This document shows positions 1-10,499 of a stretch of 64,000 nt of DNA, in pieces (position 1 is the first letter of the stretch; each line of letters starts with the position of its first letter). The DNA comes from Convolutriloba macropyga (taxonomy: Eukaryota): the NCBI RefSeq assembly GCF_964194025.1, contig NC_134472.1, forward strand, positions 70,804,001 through 70,868,000, given 5' to 3'. Both the position numbers and the translations under genes were made by a program. The notes below the pieces were generated by a model. It did no database searches and was not told the origin of the DNA. It saw nothing but the letters and a program-made list of their open reading frames with translations.

Positions 1-644
1 ATTACTTCATAACATTATGATTGAAAATCTAAAAACTAGCGAAACAGTACATTATCAGAAAATAACTAGCACTATTTTTTAACCTTCTTCAATTCCAGGG
101 ACCAGTGCTCATGATTTACTGAACATAAATATGGAAACTGTGCAGACTAACAAACGAAGGTTTAAACTAAAACTACTAAGTAACGGCACGTTCTCTGTAA
201 CAAAGCGTTGCATGGTGTACTGGGGCACAAACAAAAAATGTCCGTTTAAACTTAGCGTCCTTCTTTAGCGTCCTTCTTTCAGGGCAAAAAAGCGAAGTTG
301 TTCGAAATCTAATTTTTCTGAAATTTATAACCAATAATTGTAATCAATCGCTGTTCTCTCGTAGACATTTGGTTGCAATTCCTGTTAATTATCAAAAAAG
401 TTGAAGTTAAGTAATCAGAAAGTTCTACTCCTAACTTCCATTTCAAATGAAAGTCACCACTTTTGTTCCCTTTGGTTCTCTAAAAGCGTTGGAACGAAAT
501 TGCAACTCCTCGGGCCTCGCGTCCGCCACTTGGGCGCCTACGCTTGCGTGTCAGTGTACTAAATTCCTCGGGAGACAGATTTTGTTCAAACATTAAGTTA
601 TTTTTGTCTATTCTACTTTTGGCCAATCAATAATTCTTACTCTC

Positions 645-765
645 AAATGTACAAATTATATGTTGATCTATAATACGTTATTATTTAAAAAAGTAGCACG
701 TTCACCTGGGGGCGTAAAAACAATAAGCTCAATAGGTTGGGGTGAGGGAAGCAGAACAGATCCGT
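645..765. repeat. Partial, diverged copy of the small MITE seen at 35386-35554
   Basis: Reverse complement of ~648-715 resembles 35441-35505 (CCCCCAGGTG(A/C)ACGTGCTA...CAACATATAATTTGTA). It ends in a CAGAACAGATC TIR-like motif. Confidence 0.5.
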
Positions 766-1099
766 TATTTTAATACCGCTTAGAAGGCTAAATTTTTTGC
801 TTCATATTAATTCAATTCATAGACATTATTTTAACAAACACCTTTGGGTTGGGGCCCTTTTTCAAGTCGTGGAATTTAAAAATAGTTTGCGGTTGACCAT
901 TTTAAAAAGTGTTAATCCGAAATAAAACAAGGTGCTACTTGATTTTCGCTTAATCATTAAAAGTTTTCCCGACTATCCATGCATGCTTCATAAATAAACT
1001 CTTGCTAATCAAGTAAAGATTACAAAGAGATAACACTATATTATTGTAAAGAGATAGTTGTAGCTAGATATACAATGAGATTAACTGATTTAGGTAGAA

Positions 1100-3850
1100 A
1101 CATAATTAGATTTTATTGAAGTTTAACTGGTCACTGTTCATTTGAAGCAGAAGTCACGCCTTGTGCTAGCATTTTGTATAGGAACTGCTGTTGACTCGTC
1201 TATAGAATACTTTTTCATTCGACCTTTGAATACTTGTAAACTTACCCTAATATCTTGCAGATATATTGGTAGTGAGTTTCACTTCAGCGCTACATGATTA
1301 CAGAATGATTTAGAGGAAGAATGAGATGCAATAATCCTCACAAAAATTATTTGGTTAGTGTGTTTGTTAATCTTGTAGCGGGCCGTAGATATTTTAATCT
1401 GTTCATGAAAGTTTCTTTTCATATTCCGGATGTTAGGAAGTAGTACGTCAAAATTTTTAACTCGGTCAGCTGTCTTACACCGATCATATTTTTACGTTCT
1501 TCTTATTCAATTGACGACTTGATACTAGTACGAACAAATACACACTTCATAAAACAATTCATGTATTTCTCTGACAAAAGCAACAAAGTTAAACTGTTTT
1601 GAAAGAGGCATAAATCAGAGTGGTCGACAAAACTAATGGCAAGTGAGTAAAAAAGCATGCATAATACTGTGGTGGGAAATCCATGTTGTACTGTTTCAAT
1701 AGTTGATACCAACAGCCGTTTTTTGCATGATTTTCTTACTTGTAATTGAAAACAAAGTTGACTGCCTATGGGAGCACCTAAAAACTTACACTGGTTTGAT
1801 TTTTTTGACTATTCCTGTTCCAACAACTACATTCTCAGAATCATAGAGCCTGTTATCATTTTTGCGCGTGAACGTAATCAACCAATTTTTTAGCATTAAG
1901 TTTAACCTATTGATACAAATATAAGTTTCCGAAATTTTAAAGATTTCATGCAAAAATTTTAAAGGAATATCGGGTTTTTGGGAATAAGAAACAATAAACA
2001 ATCATCAGCATACTGCAAACGTTTACCAATTTCACGTATTGGCTCTGTGTGTTCAATTATAAATAAGTCGAAAACAAGTGTTCCTATAACAGTCCCTCGT
2101 GGAACATCTTGATTAGATCAAACCAAATAGAAACAACTCAATTAAAGCAAACTTGTTTCAATTAATCCGTAAAAAACATTTTATGACCTGCAATGCAGAG
2201 GTTGATAAACTTTGGGATTTCATTCGTTCGAAAAGATTTAGTGTATTAGTTTGTCGAAAACTTTAGATGAATCGATCAAAACTGCATAAACATTAATACT
2301 ATTTAATATTAACGGTTGGACTGATTCAGTGAAAAATAGAATAGCATCTTGTGCTGTTATCATTGTCCAAATTGAAGCACAAGATGGAAGAACACAGTCA
2401 TTAAGGCATTGATTTACAATGAATGTTAGGTGGGGAATTAAAATTTGCTAACTGTCAGAAAAAGCCCAAGAGGGTACTTTACAAGGACCAGTGGGCTTGC
2501 TGGGATTTCACTCTCTAATGTTGTCAGAAAAAATTTTCTTGATATTGGCCCGACCAACGGCGATTCGCCAACATTGAAACAGTTTGTTTCTTCAGCTTTT
2601 TAACCAAAATACTGTCCAGGGGTTTAAGAATAAAAAATTGAAATATTCTAAAATTTTATGTCGTCAATAATCATATCACCGGAGGAACTTTTTACTGCAG
2701 TCATATTTACAGTTAGCTTTTTGGTAAAGCTTCAGCGCTCTTTAGCAGTACTAAGGAAGGAGAAACAGTTGCAGGAGAACTTCTCCTATTTTTCGTTCAA
2801 TGTACGGGACACTTGGTTTCAAAGCCTACTGTATAGTGACAAATGTTCTGGCGATGAAATCAAACTAAAACTCTCATACGCTGTTTAAAGTTCACGCTGT
2901 ACACTTTTGCATTCCCGGTCAAATCCTGTGTTTTTTTTTCAATATTGGAGTTGTTCTGTATAAAAACACTTTTTTAAGGGGTAGAACTTCTGCACTTGAA
3001 AGATGATGAAAAAGCAAATTAAACAGATCATTGGCGTTTCAACAATTATGCATTTTGAATCAGGGCGTATCTGACAATGATTTTCAAAACAAGCTTTTAT
3101 CAAAGCTGTTCTTATTTAAATTTTTAATATGATGCTCTTTTGTTTTCGAAGGCTTATTTCAGTAAACAATACAGATTCAAGTGGTCGTTTTGGAAATGAC
3201 TGTTAAATACAAAATGTCTATTGTTGGCAATTTTTTTTTGATAAAATGTAATCATTGTGAGTTTTCGCTGTCTTACATACGCGCATAGGTAATATTGGAC
3301 CAGCTACTGTGAAACCGTAGGGTAGAACTCTTGAGTCCATATCTATTTTTGAAAAGATTAAAGTAAACTATGTAATTGTTACCAAATAAAACGGTAAGAC
3401 TGAATAGATTCACAAGTAAGGTTTTCTATATCAGTCAAAAAAGGCTGAAGTAACTCACTCTAATATAAAATGAGGGGGTCGGATGTTGTTTTCAAAAGCA
3501 TTTTAGGACAGCTGTTGTTTGTAAATTTGCGCATATTTGCAACCCACAGTTTTAATTCATTAGGTTTTTCTAGGGCTTGTTCTAAATGCTCAAAAATCAT
3601 TACACCGCCCCTTCCCTTTTTTGGGTTGATTGCACTTATATAACATACAAATATTTCATGATTGTTTGGGGCTATATTCCTTAAAGACCTTTTGAAATCT
3701 GCAGTCAACCAGCTTTCTGAAAAATGCACAACATGCACAATGTTTCTCCTATGCCATCAACAATAAACGTCAATTTCATATAATTTTTTTATACGTTTTT
3801 AAAGTTAATATGAGCAACGCATTGTGAATGTCACACGTATGTAAAAAAGG
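1100..3850 (-). mobile_element. Decayed non-LTR retrotransposon ORF2 (APE endonuclease + RT; CR1/L2-like group)
   Basis: Minus-strand motifs occur in the correct order: endonuclease SESWL and KGRGGV (ORF 3460-3738), RT AVLIDSSKVFD (~2255-2285), DVPRGT (~2090-2110, equivalent to GVPQGS) and QYADD (~2000-2015). Many stops and frameshifts. Confidence 0.8.
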
Positions 3851-4726
3851 GGTGTACTAAAAACCTTGGGTTTCAAGGTCAAAGATTTAGTTTAAATTTT
3901 AATTTTTTACTTGATTAATGACTGACACAATCTTGATAGGTGTCGACATATTGAAATAGACAAAGCTCGGGCTTCGAGCAATACTAACAATTGTGACATA
4001 TCAGTATTTACTTGGTTAATTTACCACGGTGATAGAACCGATATTGTGTACGGGCAAAACTGAGGATAAAACTCACTCATTGGATAATAAACCTACCTTC
4101 AGAGTTAATCACTCAATTAGATCTTCATTTATTTGAAACAATTCTCTTCTGCTTTTATCTACTTATTAATTAAACTTCAATCCTTGTATTTTAAACAAGT
4201 ACCACGCTCGACTACAAAAGATAATACATATTGCGCACGGGCGGCTGCTATAATGGCGACAGAGATTAAAAGTAAATAGAAAACCACCACCCAATAACAT
4301 TGAGCGTTGTACTAATTTCCAAGAGAAATCTATTTTTTGTTTGAAAACCAATTTTTAAACTCGAGTTCGACGTCTTAACATCACGACCCGGAGGTGGAAT
4401 TGTGGACTGCTGTCGGGATTCGAAAACAACAACTGCCATCTTGGAACTATAAAGTGAGTACTCCCTAAAAATTCGAATAGCATAAATCAGGGCGTACATG
4501 TTTTTTTGATAATAAAATAGCGTTCAGAAACATCAGTATTTTATTTTGACTTAATTTGACTTAAACTCAAGCATTAAACCTCGAGTGTTTTTTGCATTTA
4601 TTGACGAGGGAATTAGAGTTTCAATCATATTTAAAAGCTGTTAACTAGAGTGTCGAAAAAAATTTCGAGTTTCGAACAGAATTAGTGAAATATTTTGAAT
4701 AACAACAGCTTTTAAATAAAATAAGG

Positions 4727-5390
4727 ATGGCGCGGCACTCCTCAAAAACGCTGTTACCGGAACCGTTTACTGAATCAAATGATTTTGAAAGTTACATTAC
4801 ACACTTTGAGCTCTTGTCACAACTTCAATAGTGGCAAAGAAAAGAAACAGTAAACGGCGCCGAGACCGAAATTGATGAACGGCCGCATTATTTCGCGTTA
4901 AGGTTACAAAAGTCGGCTATTGATTTCTATCGTACACTTTCGGAGGACACTAGAAAAAGTTATGACGAGACCGTAAAGGCTTTCAGACAACATTATAATG
5001 AGAAACCAGTAGTGTTCCGGGGGAGGCTAGCTAGGAGAGTCCAGCAGCCTGGTGAAAAATTAACAGATTTTCTCGGTGATTTGCAAACTTTAGCCTTGAA
5101 AGCATACCCTCAGGAGTCTAATGAGATAAGAAAACATCTCATTTTGAGAGGATTCCTCGAAGGCATAGAAAATAGTCAGTCAGGTGCGACTCGACCTGAG
5201 AAAGAACTTGGGTGACGCGGATATGACTTTAGACAAAGCTTTAGAAAGAGCACTACACATTGAAGCAGTCACGAAAATTGAGGAGGAGAATAATGAGCCG
5301 CGGGTTTCTGCCATCCAGTCGAATGAAAACACACAACTGGTTAATTCGATTAACGATTTAGTGCAAACACTGCAGTCTAATCAACCCTAA
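4727..5390 (+). pseudogene. gag: Retrotransposon Gag (disrupted)
   Basis: ATG 4727 gives MARHSSKTLLPEPFTESNDFESYITHFELL...RVQQPGEKLTDFLGDLQTLALKAYP...FLEGIEN (retrotransposon gag motif QxxxE). In-frame TAG at 4829, 4-bp AGTC duplication frameshift at ~5175, truncated at ~5388. Confidence 0.85.
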
Positions 5391-7045
5391 ATCAACCTAT
5401 AGTTTACCAAGTGCTGGTACCCTGGGGTAGAGTGTCCAACGTTCTTGAGCTGTTACATGATTCGCCTAGCGCAGGACACTTTGGTATAGAGAAAACGTAC
5501 AAAAGAGCTTGCGAAATGTTTTATTGACCGTGCATGAGAAGGGACGTAAGAAACTGGATAGAAAGCTGTGACGTTTGCCTAAAAAGGAGAGGCACTAAGC
5601 AGAAACATCGGCATTCACTCTCAAAATGGAAACCTAGTCATCCATTTTCGCAAGTATCTCTTGATATCATGGGTCCACTTCCCGAGTCTCAGGGAAACAA
5701 GTACATTTTGCTTATCGGTGATCAATTCAGTAAGTGGTACGAAGCTGTAGCGTTACCCAATCAAGAGGCAAAAACTGTGGCAAAAGCGTTTGTTGAACAC
5801 TGGATAGTAAGATTCGGCTGTCGAGTCAATCTACACAGTGACCAAGGGTCAAACTTCATGTCTAAATTGTTTCGTAGTCTTTGCAGTGAACTAGGAATTC
5901 AGAGGACATCAACCACATCCTACCACCAACAAGGGAACGCGATGATTGAACGAACAAATCGAACAATAGAAGAATGTCTCTCCAAATATATAGGACAATA
6001 CCAACACGAGTGGACTAATTTTCTACCTTTAGCGATGATGGCATATCAATCATCAATTCATAGTGTAACAAGATACAGCCCAGCGTTTGTGGTACTGGGT
6101 TTTCCACTGTCGCTACCTATAGAATGCATCTATAGCACACCACAGACCACAATATATGCAACACCAAGTGACTATGTTTTCACGATGAAACAAAAACTAC
6201 AGGAAACACACCAGTTGATGCGAGAGTATATGGATGTCGAACAAGAACGCCAGAAGTCGTATTATGATCGCAGTAAGTAAGGGCCGTGCTATAAAATTGG
6301 CGAACAAGTGTTAGTTTTCAACCCAACGGTTAAAAAAGGAGAAACAAGAAAATTTACTTCTTTCTATAGAGGACCATACATAACTGTTGAAATTATAAAC
6401 GATTTGAATTTCAAGGTAGAAGATAAAAAGACGAGGAAAGCTATCAAGGTCCATTATGACCGACTAAAGAAATATAAACACGAGAAAAACCATTCACGCC
6501 TGAGCCTCAGGCGAAACGAAAAACAACCAGTAAGGAGCAAAAAAATAGCAATTTGAACAGCTCAGACGATGGTGATATAATTGAAATAGAATCATCAACA
6601 GACAGTAAAAGCAATCTAATTACAGAAAATCAATCCGAAGCTGAGCATGCTAGCGATTCACTAAATGTTACAAATGAAACGCCTGAGAATGAAGCTAAAG
6701 AATCAGAGCAAGAAACCTCTAAAGGGCAAGAGAAGGCACAAAATGTATGTTCCCGAGGGTGGAGGTGCAACTTCATCAAAAGCCAGCGAGTACACTGAAA
6801 AAAAATCAGCAGAAACAAAAATTCCAAAAACAGAAAAAAAACAGGAATCTAGTAGTAAAACAAAAAGTACTGAAGAAAAGATTAATAGTAATGCCAGGGC
6901 ACCAAAAATGGCTACAAGGTCTGACAGTCGATTAAAATCGGTGCCTGAGAGATTAAAAAATTACTTTACTGTGCAAGATGAGGAGTACTTTAGCAGCCAG
7001 GAAACTGATGATGTTTTTGTTTCAGGAAAATCCAGAAAGAAATAA
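5390..7045 (+). pseudogene. pol: Pol C-terminal part: gypsy integrase with GPY/F domain and a charged low-complexity tail (disrupted)
   Basis: HHCC finger LHDSPSAGHFGIEKTY...FY*PCMRRDVRNWIESCDVC; DDE triad SLDIMGP / HSDQGSNF / MIERTN; YRGPY...VHYDRLKKY. Stops at 5525 and 6278; inferred frameshifts at ~6478 and ~6745. Confidence 0.9.
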
Positions 7046-9045
7046 TGGAATCGAAAAGAAAGACGAGTTCTTCTGGAGCATCGTGTGATGGAATATCACT
7101 ATGTTTGCATCTGGCATTGCTAGCCGTTTTTGCTTCTCCTTCACTTTGTATTAAATTATACGGCTATGATTTTGACAATATCGTATCAACAAAAATATAT
7201 TCTTTGGATTACAGTACAAACTGTGATAACAAAATTCGAGTATCGAAAACAATAGAAGAAGGTAGTTTGATATATGCTGAGGTTCAGCCCAAGATAAAAT
7301 TAAGATTTTGCATGTATGAAGCGGCATATACTGTGTCTGCACTTAAAAAGAGCAATGTATATGACGATGTTGCCTTTATTACCAAAAACTCAAGACTCTT
7401 AAAATCCATATATCCATTAAACGAAGGAACCTGTAGGAGCATTTGGCAAAACAAAAACTTTGCTTTACCAGGTTTTGGAGATAAAACCTTTAAAGTCAAC
7501 AATTTAGTAACGGAAAAGATTTTACAACGAGCAAGTGAAACTACGTATGCCGAGGAGCATAGCCAGAGCTTCATGAAAAAAAATAATCGTGAAGGTGCTA
7601 TGTATGCTGAGCCTGTAGAGTGGGTTTCACCTACAGGAGTAAAACTTTTTGGAAATGTGATGATCAATGCAAAACTTTACATCGGAACAATTTGGGGAAA
7701 GCTGATACAAAGAAACCTCTTAAGCTTTAAGGATCCCCTAGGTTTCTCGAAAACTGTTTTTATCAAAAACACATATTTTGAAGACGATTTAGTAAACTAT
7801 TTTTTTGAAAATCGAGGTGAGCAAACATGTCAAACGATCAAACACTTTAATAAGGAGGACCACGTAAAAATTTTTGGTAACAACAAGACCACTTTTATCA
7901 GCGGAAAAATATTACACAAAAACAAATATGAAGATTTTGCATTAGAAATCTTAGAGGAAAAAGCAATTAGTTTGTGTGGACAGCAGGTGAAAACAACCGG
8001 AGTTCCAGGTGTTTTTTACTCCGAGGAAAGTTCAGAACTGAAAACTGGTAATCTTAAAATAACCATGGAAATGTTTCTTTCAAGCGTTGTTGACACCTTG
8101 AATTTCGAACTTCTCAAGGAGAGAGAAATTTTTTTTGGGAAAATTAGAACACTCCAATGCGAGATTCAACGACTAAAAATTCAAACTATGATTGAAATAT
8201 CAAAAAACATTGTTAGTCCATCGGTAACGCTCTTCGAGAAAGGAACTCACGTCGAAAGAGCAGGATCTGTGTTAGATGTTCATAAATGTGCAAAGATGGT
8301 AGCAACAATAACTAAACTTCCTTTTTGCACAGAAGAAGTTCCTGTGTTAGTAGAGGGTCAGAATTTTTCTTCTATTAGATATATGGACCCTATTAAAAAA
8401 ATTTTGTATCATAATTATACAATCGCTGCATTCAACCCGCTGTACCCAAATGTTGTGAAATTAGAAGACGGCAGTTTTCAACAATATGGAGAAACGCTGA
8501 AGAAATTCAATCGTGAGGTATATCAGTGGTCGATGAATAATAACTTAAAAGTAAGTGATGAAAACCTGCATCGCAGCCTTTTCTCCATATCAGACGTAAA
8601 ACAAAGTCAAATTGCTCGAACAATTCGCCATAATAGTAAAGGAATTATCAGTCGGGAAGCATTCCGAGATTCGGATGGAAAATACAGTCATGAAAATTTT
8701 ATTCATTGGAACGCTCAGTTCCAAAAACAATTTTTTCTAACAAATGAAATAACAATTTTTCGTAACTTAAAAATTGAAAGCTTATACGTTTGGTTAAAAG
8801 CTAAGGATATTGCTGTGTCAGTCTTAACAGTCTACCTCATATTCCAAGTTGTGAAAAATTTTCCTAAATTGTTCATCTATTTAGGATTAGTCATTAATGG
8901 AGCCTCCTGGCAACAAGTGTTGCGGAATCTCGACCCTGTAACGGGAACACGTATGTATAATCAACTACTCAAATTAATTAATGAGCGTCGAGAACAAAAG
9001 AAAATGATTGAAGAGAAAGAGTCCTTGAAAGAGTCGGTTGTGTAA
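7045..9045 (+). CDS. env: Envelope/fusion glycoprotein, chuvirus (Jingchuvirales) glycoprotein-like, 666 aa
   Basis: Uninterrupted ORF directly after pol. It has a signal-peptide-like N-terminal hydrophobic stretch (LCLHLALLAVFASPSLC), a C-terminal TM-like segment (IAVSVLTVYLIFQVV) and NxS/T sequons. Motifs YGYD..SL...C and LQCE...AGSVLDVHKC...CTEEVPV...YMDPIKKIL...NPLYP match my recollection of the chuviral G consensus. Confidence 0.8.
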   Translation: MESKRKTSSSGASCDGISLCLHLALLAVFASPSLCIKLYGYDFDNIVSTKIYSLDYSTNCDNKIRVSKTIEEGSLIYAEVQPKIKLRFCMYEAAYTVSALKKSNVYDDVAFITKNSRLLKSIYPLNEGTCRSIWQNKNFALPGFGDKTFKVNNLVTEKILQRASETTYAEEHSQSFMKKNNREGAMYAEPVEWVSPTGVKLFGNVMINAKLYIGTIWGKLIQRNLLSFKDPLGFSKTVFIKNTYFEDDLVNYFFENRGEQTCQTIKHFNKEDHVKIFGNNKTTFISGKILHKNKYEDFALEILEEKAISLCGQQVKTTGVPGVFYSEESSELKTGNLKITMEMFLSSVVDTLNFELLKEREIFFGKIRTLQCEIQRLKIQTMIEISKNIVSPSVTLFEKGTHVERAGSVLDVHKCAKMVATITKLPFCTEEVPVLVEGQNFSSIRYMDPIKKILYHNYTIAAFNPLYPNVVKLEDGSFQQYGETLKKFNREVYQWSMNNNLKVSDENLHRSLFSISDVKQSQIARTIRHNSKGIISREAFRDSDGKYSHENFIHWNAQFQKQFFLTNEITIFRNLKIESLYVWLKAKDIAVSVLTVYLIFQVVKNFPKLFIYLGLVINGASWQQVLRNLDPVTGTRMYNQLLKLINERREQKKMIEEKESLKESVV

Positions 9046-9270
9046 AAAAAATGAAAATGGGTTGTCTTGAGTTCAAGACCCAAAAAAAAGAATGAAAATG
9101 ACTTGTCTTGAGTTCAGGACGGGAAACAAAATGAAAATGACTTGTCTTGAGTTCAAGACCAAAAAAAAATTAAAATTAGTTGTCTTGAGTTCAAGACCAA
9201 AAAAAATGAAAAAGAGTTGTCTTGAGGTCAAGACAATTAAAAATAAGGGAGAAGTCTTGAGATCAAGACT
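9046..9270. repeat. Array of six 16-bp palindromes GTCTTGA-GN-TCA(A/G)GAC in 35-41 bp A-rich units
   Basis: Copies start at 9064, 9105, 9144, 9182, 9219 and 9254. GTCTTGA and TCAAGAC are reverse complements; copy 2 has one mismatch. Confidence 0.95.
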
Positions 9271-9351
9271 GAAAATATTGAGAAACTTTAGAAGCAAAAA
9301 TGGTGTTTATTAAACATAGCAGGCAGTGAGACCCCACAAATTGGTGAATAT

Positions 9352-10218
9352 GTGTACTATATGCCAGAGTTGTGGAAAGTTATTTCGGAGATTTCCCCGG
9401 GAGTGTACCGAGTGGAATATTGTCTGTCAAGGACTCGGAAGGTGTCTACACTAGAACCTCTGGCACCAGCCAATATTCGGTCCCGAGCTCTGCAGACTGA
9501 AGTGGAACTGCAAAGCCAGTGCGCGCAGTTAGAGAAATTGAAGAGTACAAACTCTTTACTCCAAAAAGATCTTGTCGAGCTTCGACAACAACTAGACAGA
9601 CATTGCGACAAAGCCAAAGAGGCAACAAGAGAAGCATTGGGAAAACTGAGCGCCGAGTGTGGGGCGCTAAGAGATAACCTAAAGGCGGCGGCAGCTAGAA
9701 ATGCCGAACAAGAGCAGTCAATCGACTTACTTAAGCAGGAGTTGGCCGATCTAAAAGTCAATACTGATAAAAAGAGCGAAGCCCTGGAGAAAATGGAGAA
9801 AGAGAATGACCAATTGAGGTCAGAGCTTCAGCAGTTGGAAAACTATAACCAGTACTTGGCGAGTGAGTGCCGAAGGAAAGACACTACAATTGATAGACAA
9901 AAGCATTCTTTGAAGAACGAGAGAGCCAAAACGAAGGCCACAGAGAAGTGTTTATTCGAGGTTCGAATTAAAAATGTACTGAATTGGCCTGCGACATTGT
10001 ACGAGATTTTGTTGGTAAAAAGTTCTGCTTCAAAAGATCAGATCAAAAAACACTACCACAAAATGAGCTTGTTGACTCACCCTGATGCTAGTGGAGATGA
10101 GGAGTTTTTCAAGATCATTAATCGAGCATACCAAATACTGATGAACGATGGGGCGCGAGAAGCGTACAACAATTTCGGGCTGGACGAGGCAGAGAAACTC
10201 ATGAATGACGAAAAATGA
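9352..10218 (+). CDS. Coiled-coil protein with C-terminal DnaJ/Hsp40 J-domain (element-borne accessory gene)
   Basis: Long heptad-rich central region followed by TLYEILLVKSSASKDQIKKHYHKMSLLTHPDASGDEEFFKIINRAYQILMNDGAREAYNNFG, a canonical J-domain with HPD. First in-frame ATG is 9361; the frame is open from 9292. Confidence 0.85.
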   Translation: MYYMPELWKVISEISPGVYRVEYCLSRTRKVSTLEPLAPANIRSRALQTEVELQSQCAQLEKLKSTNSLLQKDLVELRQQLDRHCDKAKEATREALGKLSAECGALRDNLKAAAARNAEQEQSIDLLKQELADLKVNTDKKSEALEKMEKENDQLRSELQQLENYNQYLASECRRKDTTIDRQKHSLKNERAKTKATEKCLFEVRIKNVLNWPATLYEILLVKSSASKDQIKKHYHKMSLLTHPDASGDEEFFKIINRAYQILMNDGAREAYNNFGLDEAEKLMNDEK

Positions 10219-10334
10219 TACCTAAACTTTTTATATGAAAAGTACAAACTTTTTGTAATTTAAAACGCTTATGTATCGAGAGCTGTAAAATTTGTTTGAT
10301 TTTATATGAGTGAGTGGCACACTCTATTCTTATT

Positions 10335-10350
10335 GAGAGGGGGCAGTGTG
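10335..10350 (+). promoter_or_regulatory. Polypurine tract and probable start of the 3' LTR (TGT at 10347)
   Basis: GAGAGGGGGCAG|TGTGAG, ~120 bp after the J-ORF stop; a typical gypsy PPT/LTR junction. Confidence 0.65.
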
Positions 10351-10499
10351 AGTGTTTTTTTCCTCGAATTTTCTTTGTATTCAGTTTCTGGGCCCGGATT
10401 TCGCTCGACTTCACCACGGTTGTTCAAAAATAGTTCAGCAAACAAAAAAAAACGTCAATGCGCAAACTGATGTGTCAGAAAAATTCTTACATACGACAG

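Noticed and set aside
4140-4400. 5' LTR matching 10347 onward
   Set aside because: Only a 9-bp match (CGCTCGACT) was found; no alignable LTR pair or TSD.
9046-9270. CRISPR array
   Set aside because: The spacers are short, A-rich and similar to one another, the context is eukaryotic and there are no cas genes.
9073-9313. ORFs 9073-9297 (-) and 9092-9313 (+)
   Set aside because: They are translations of the palindrome array.
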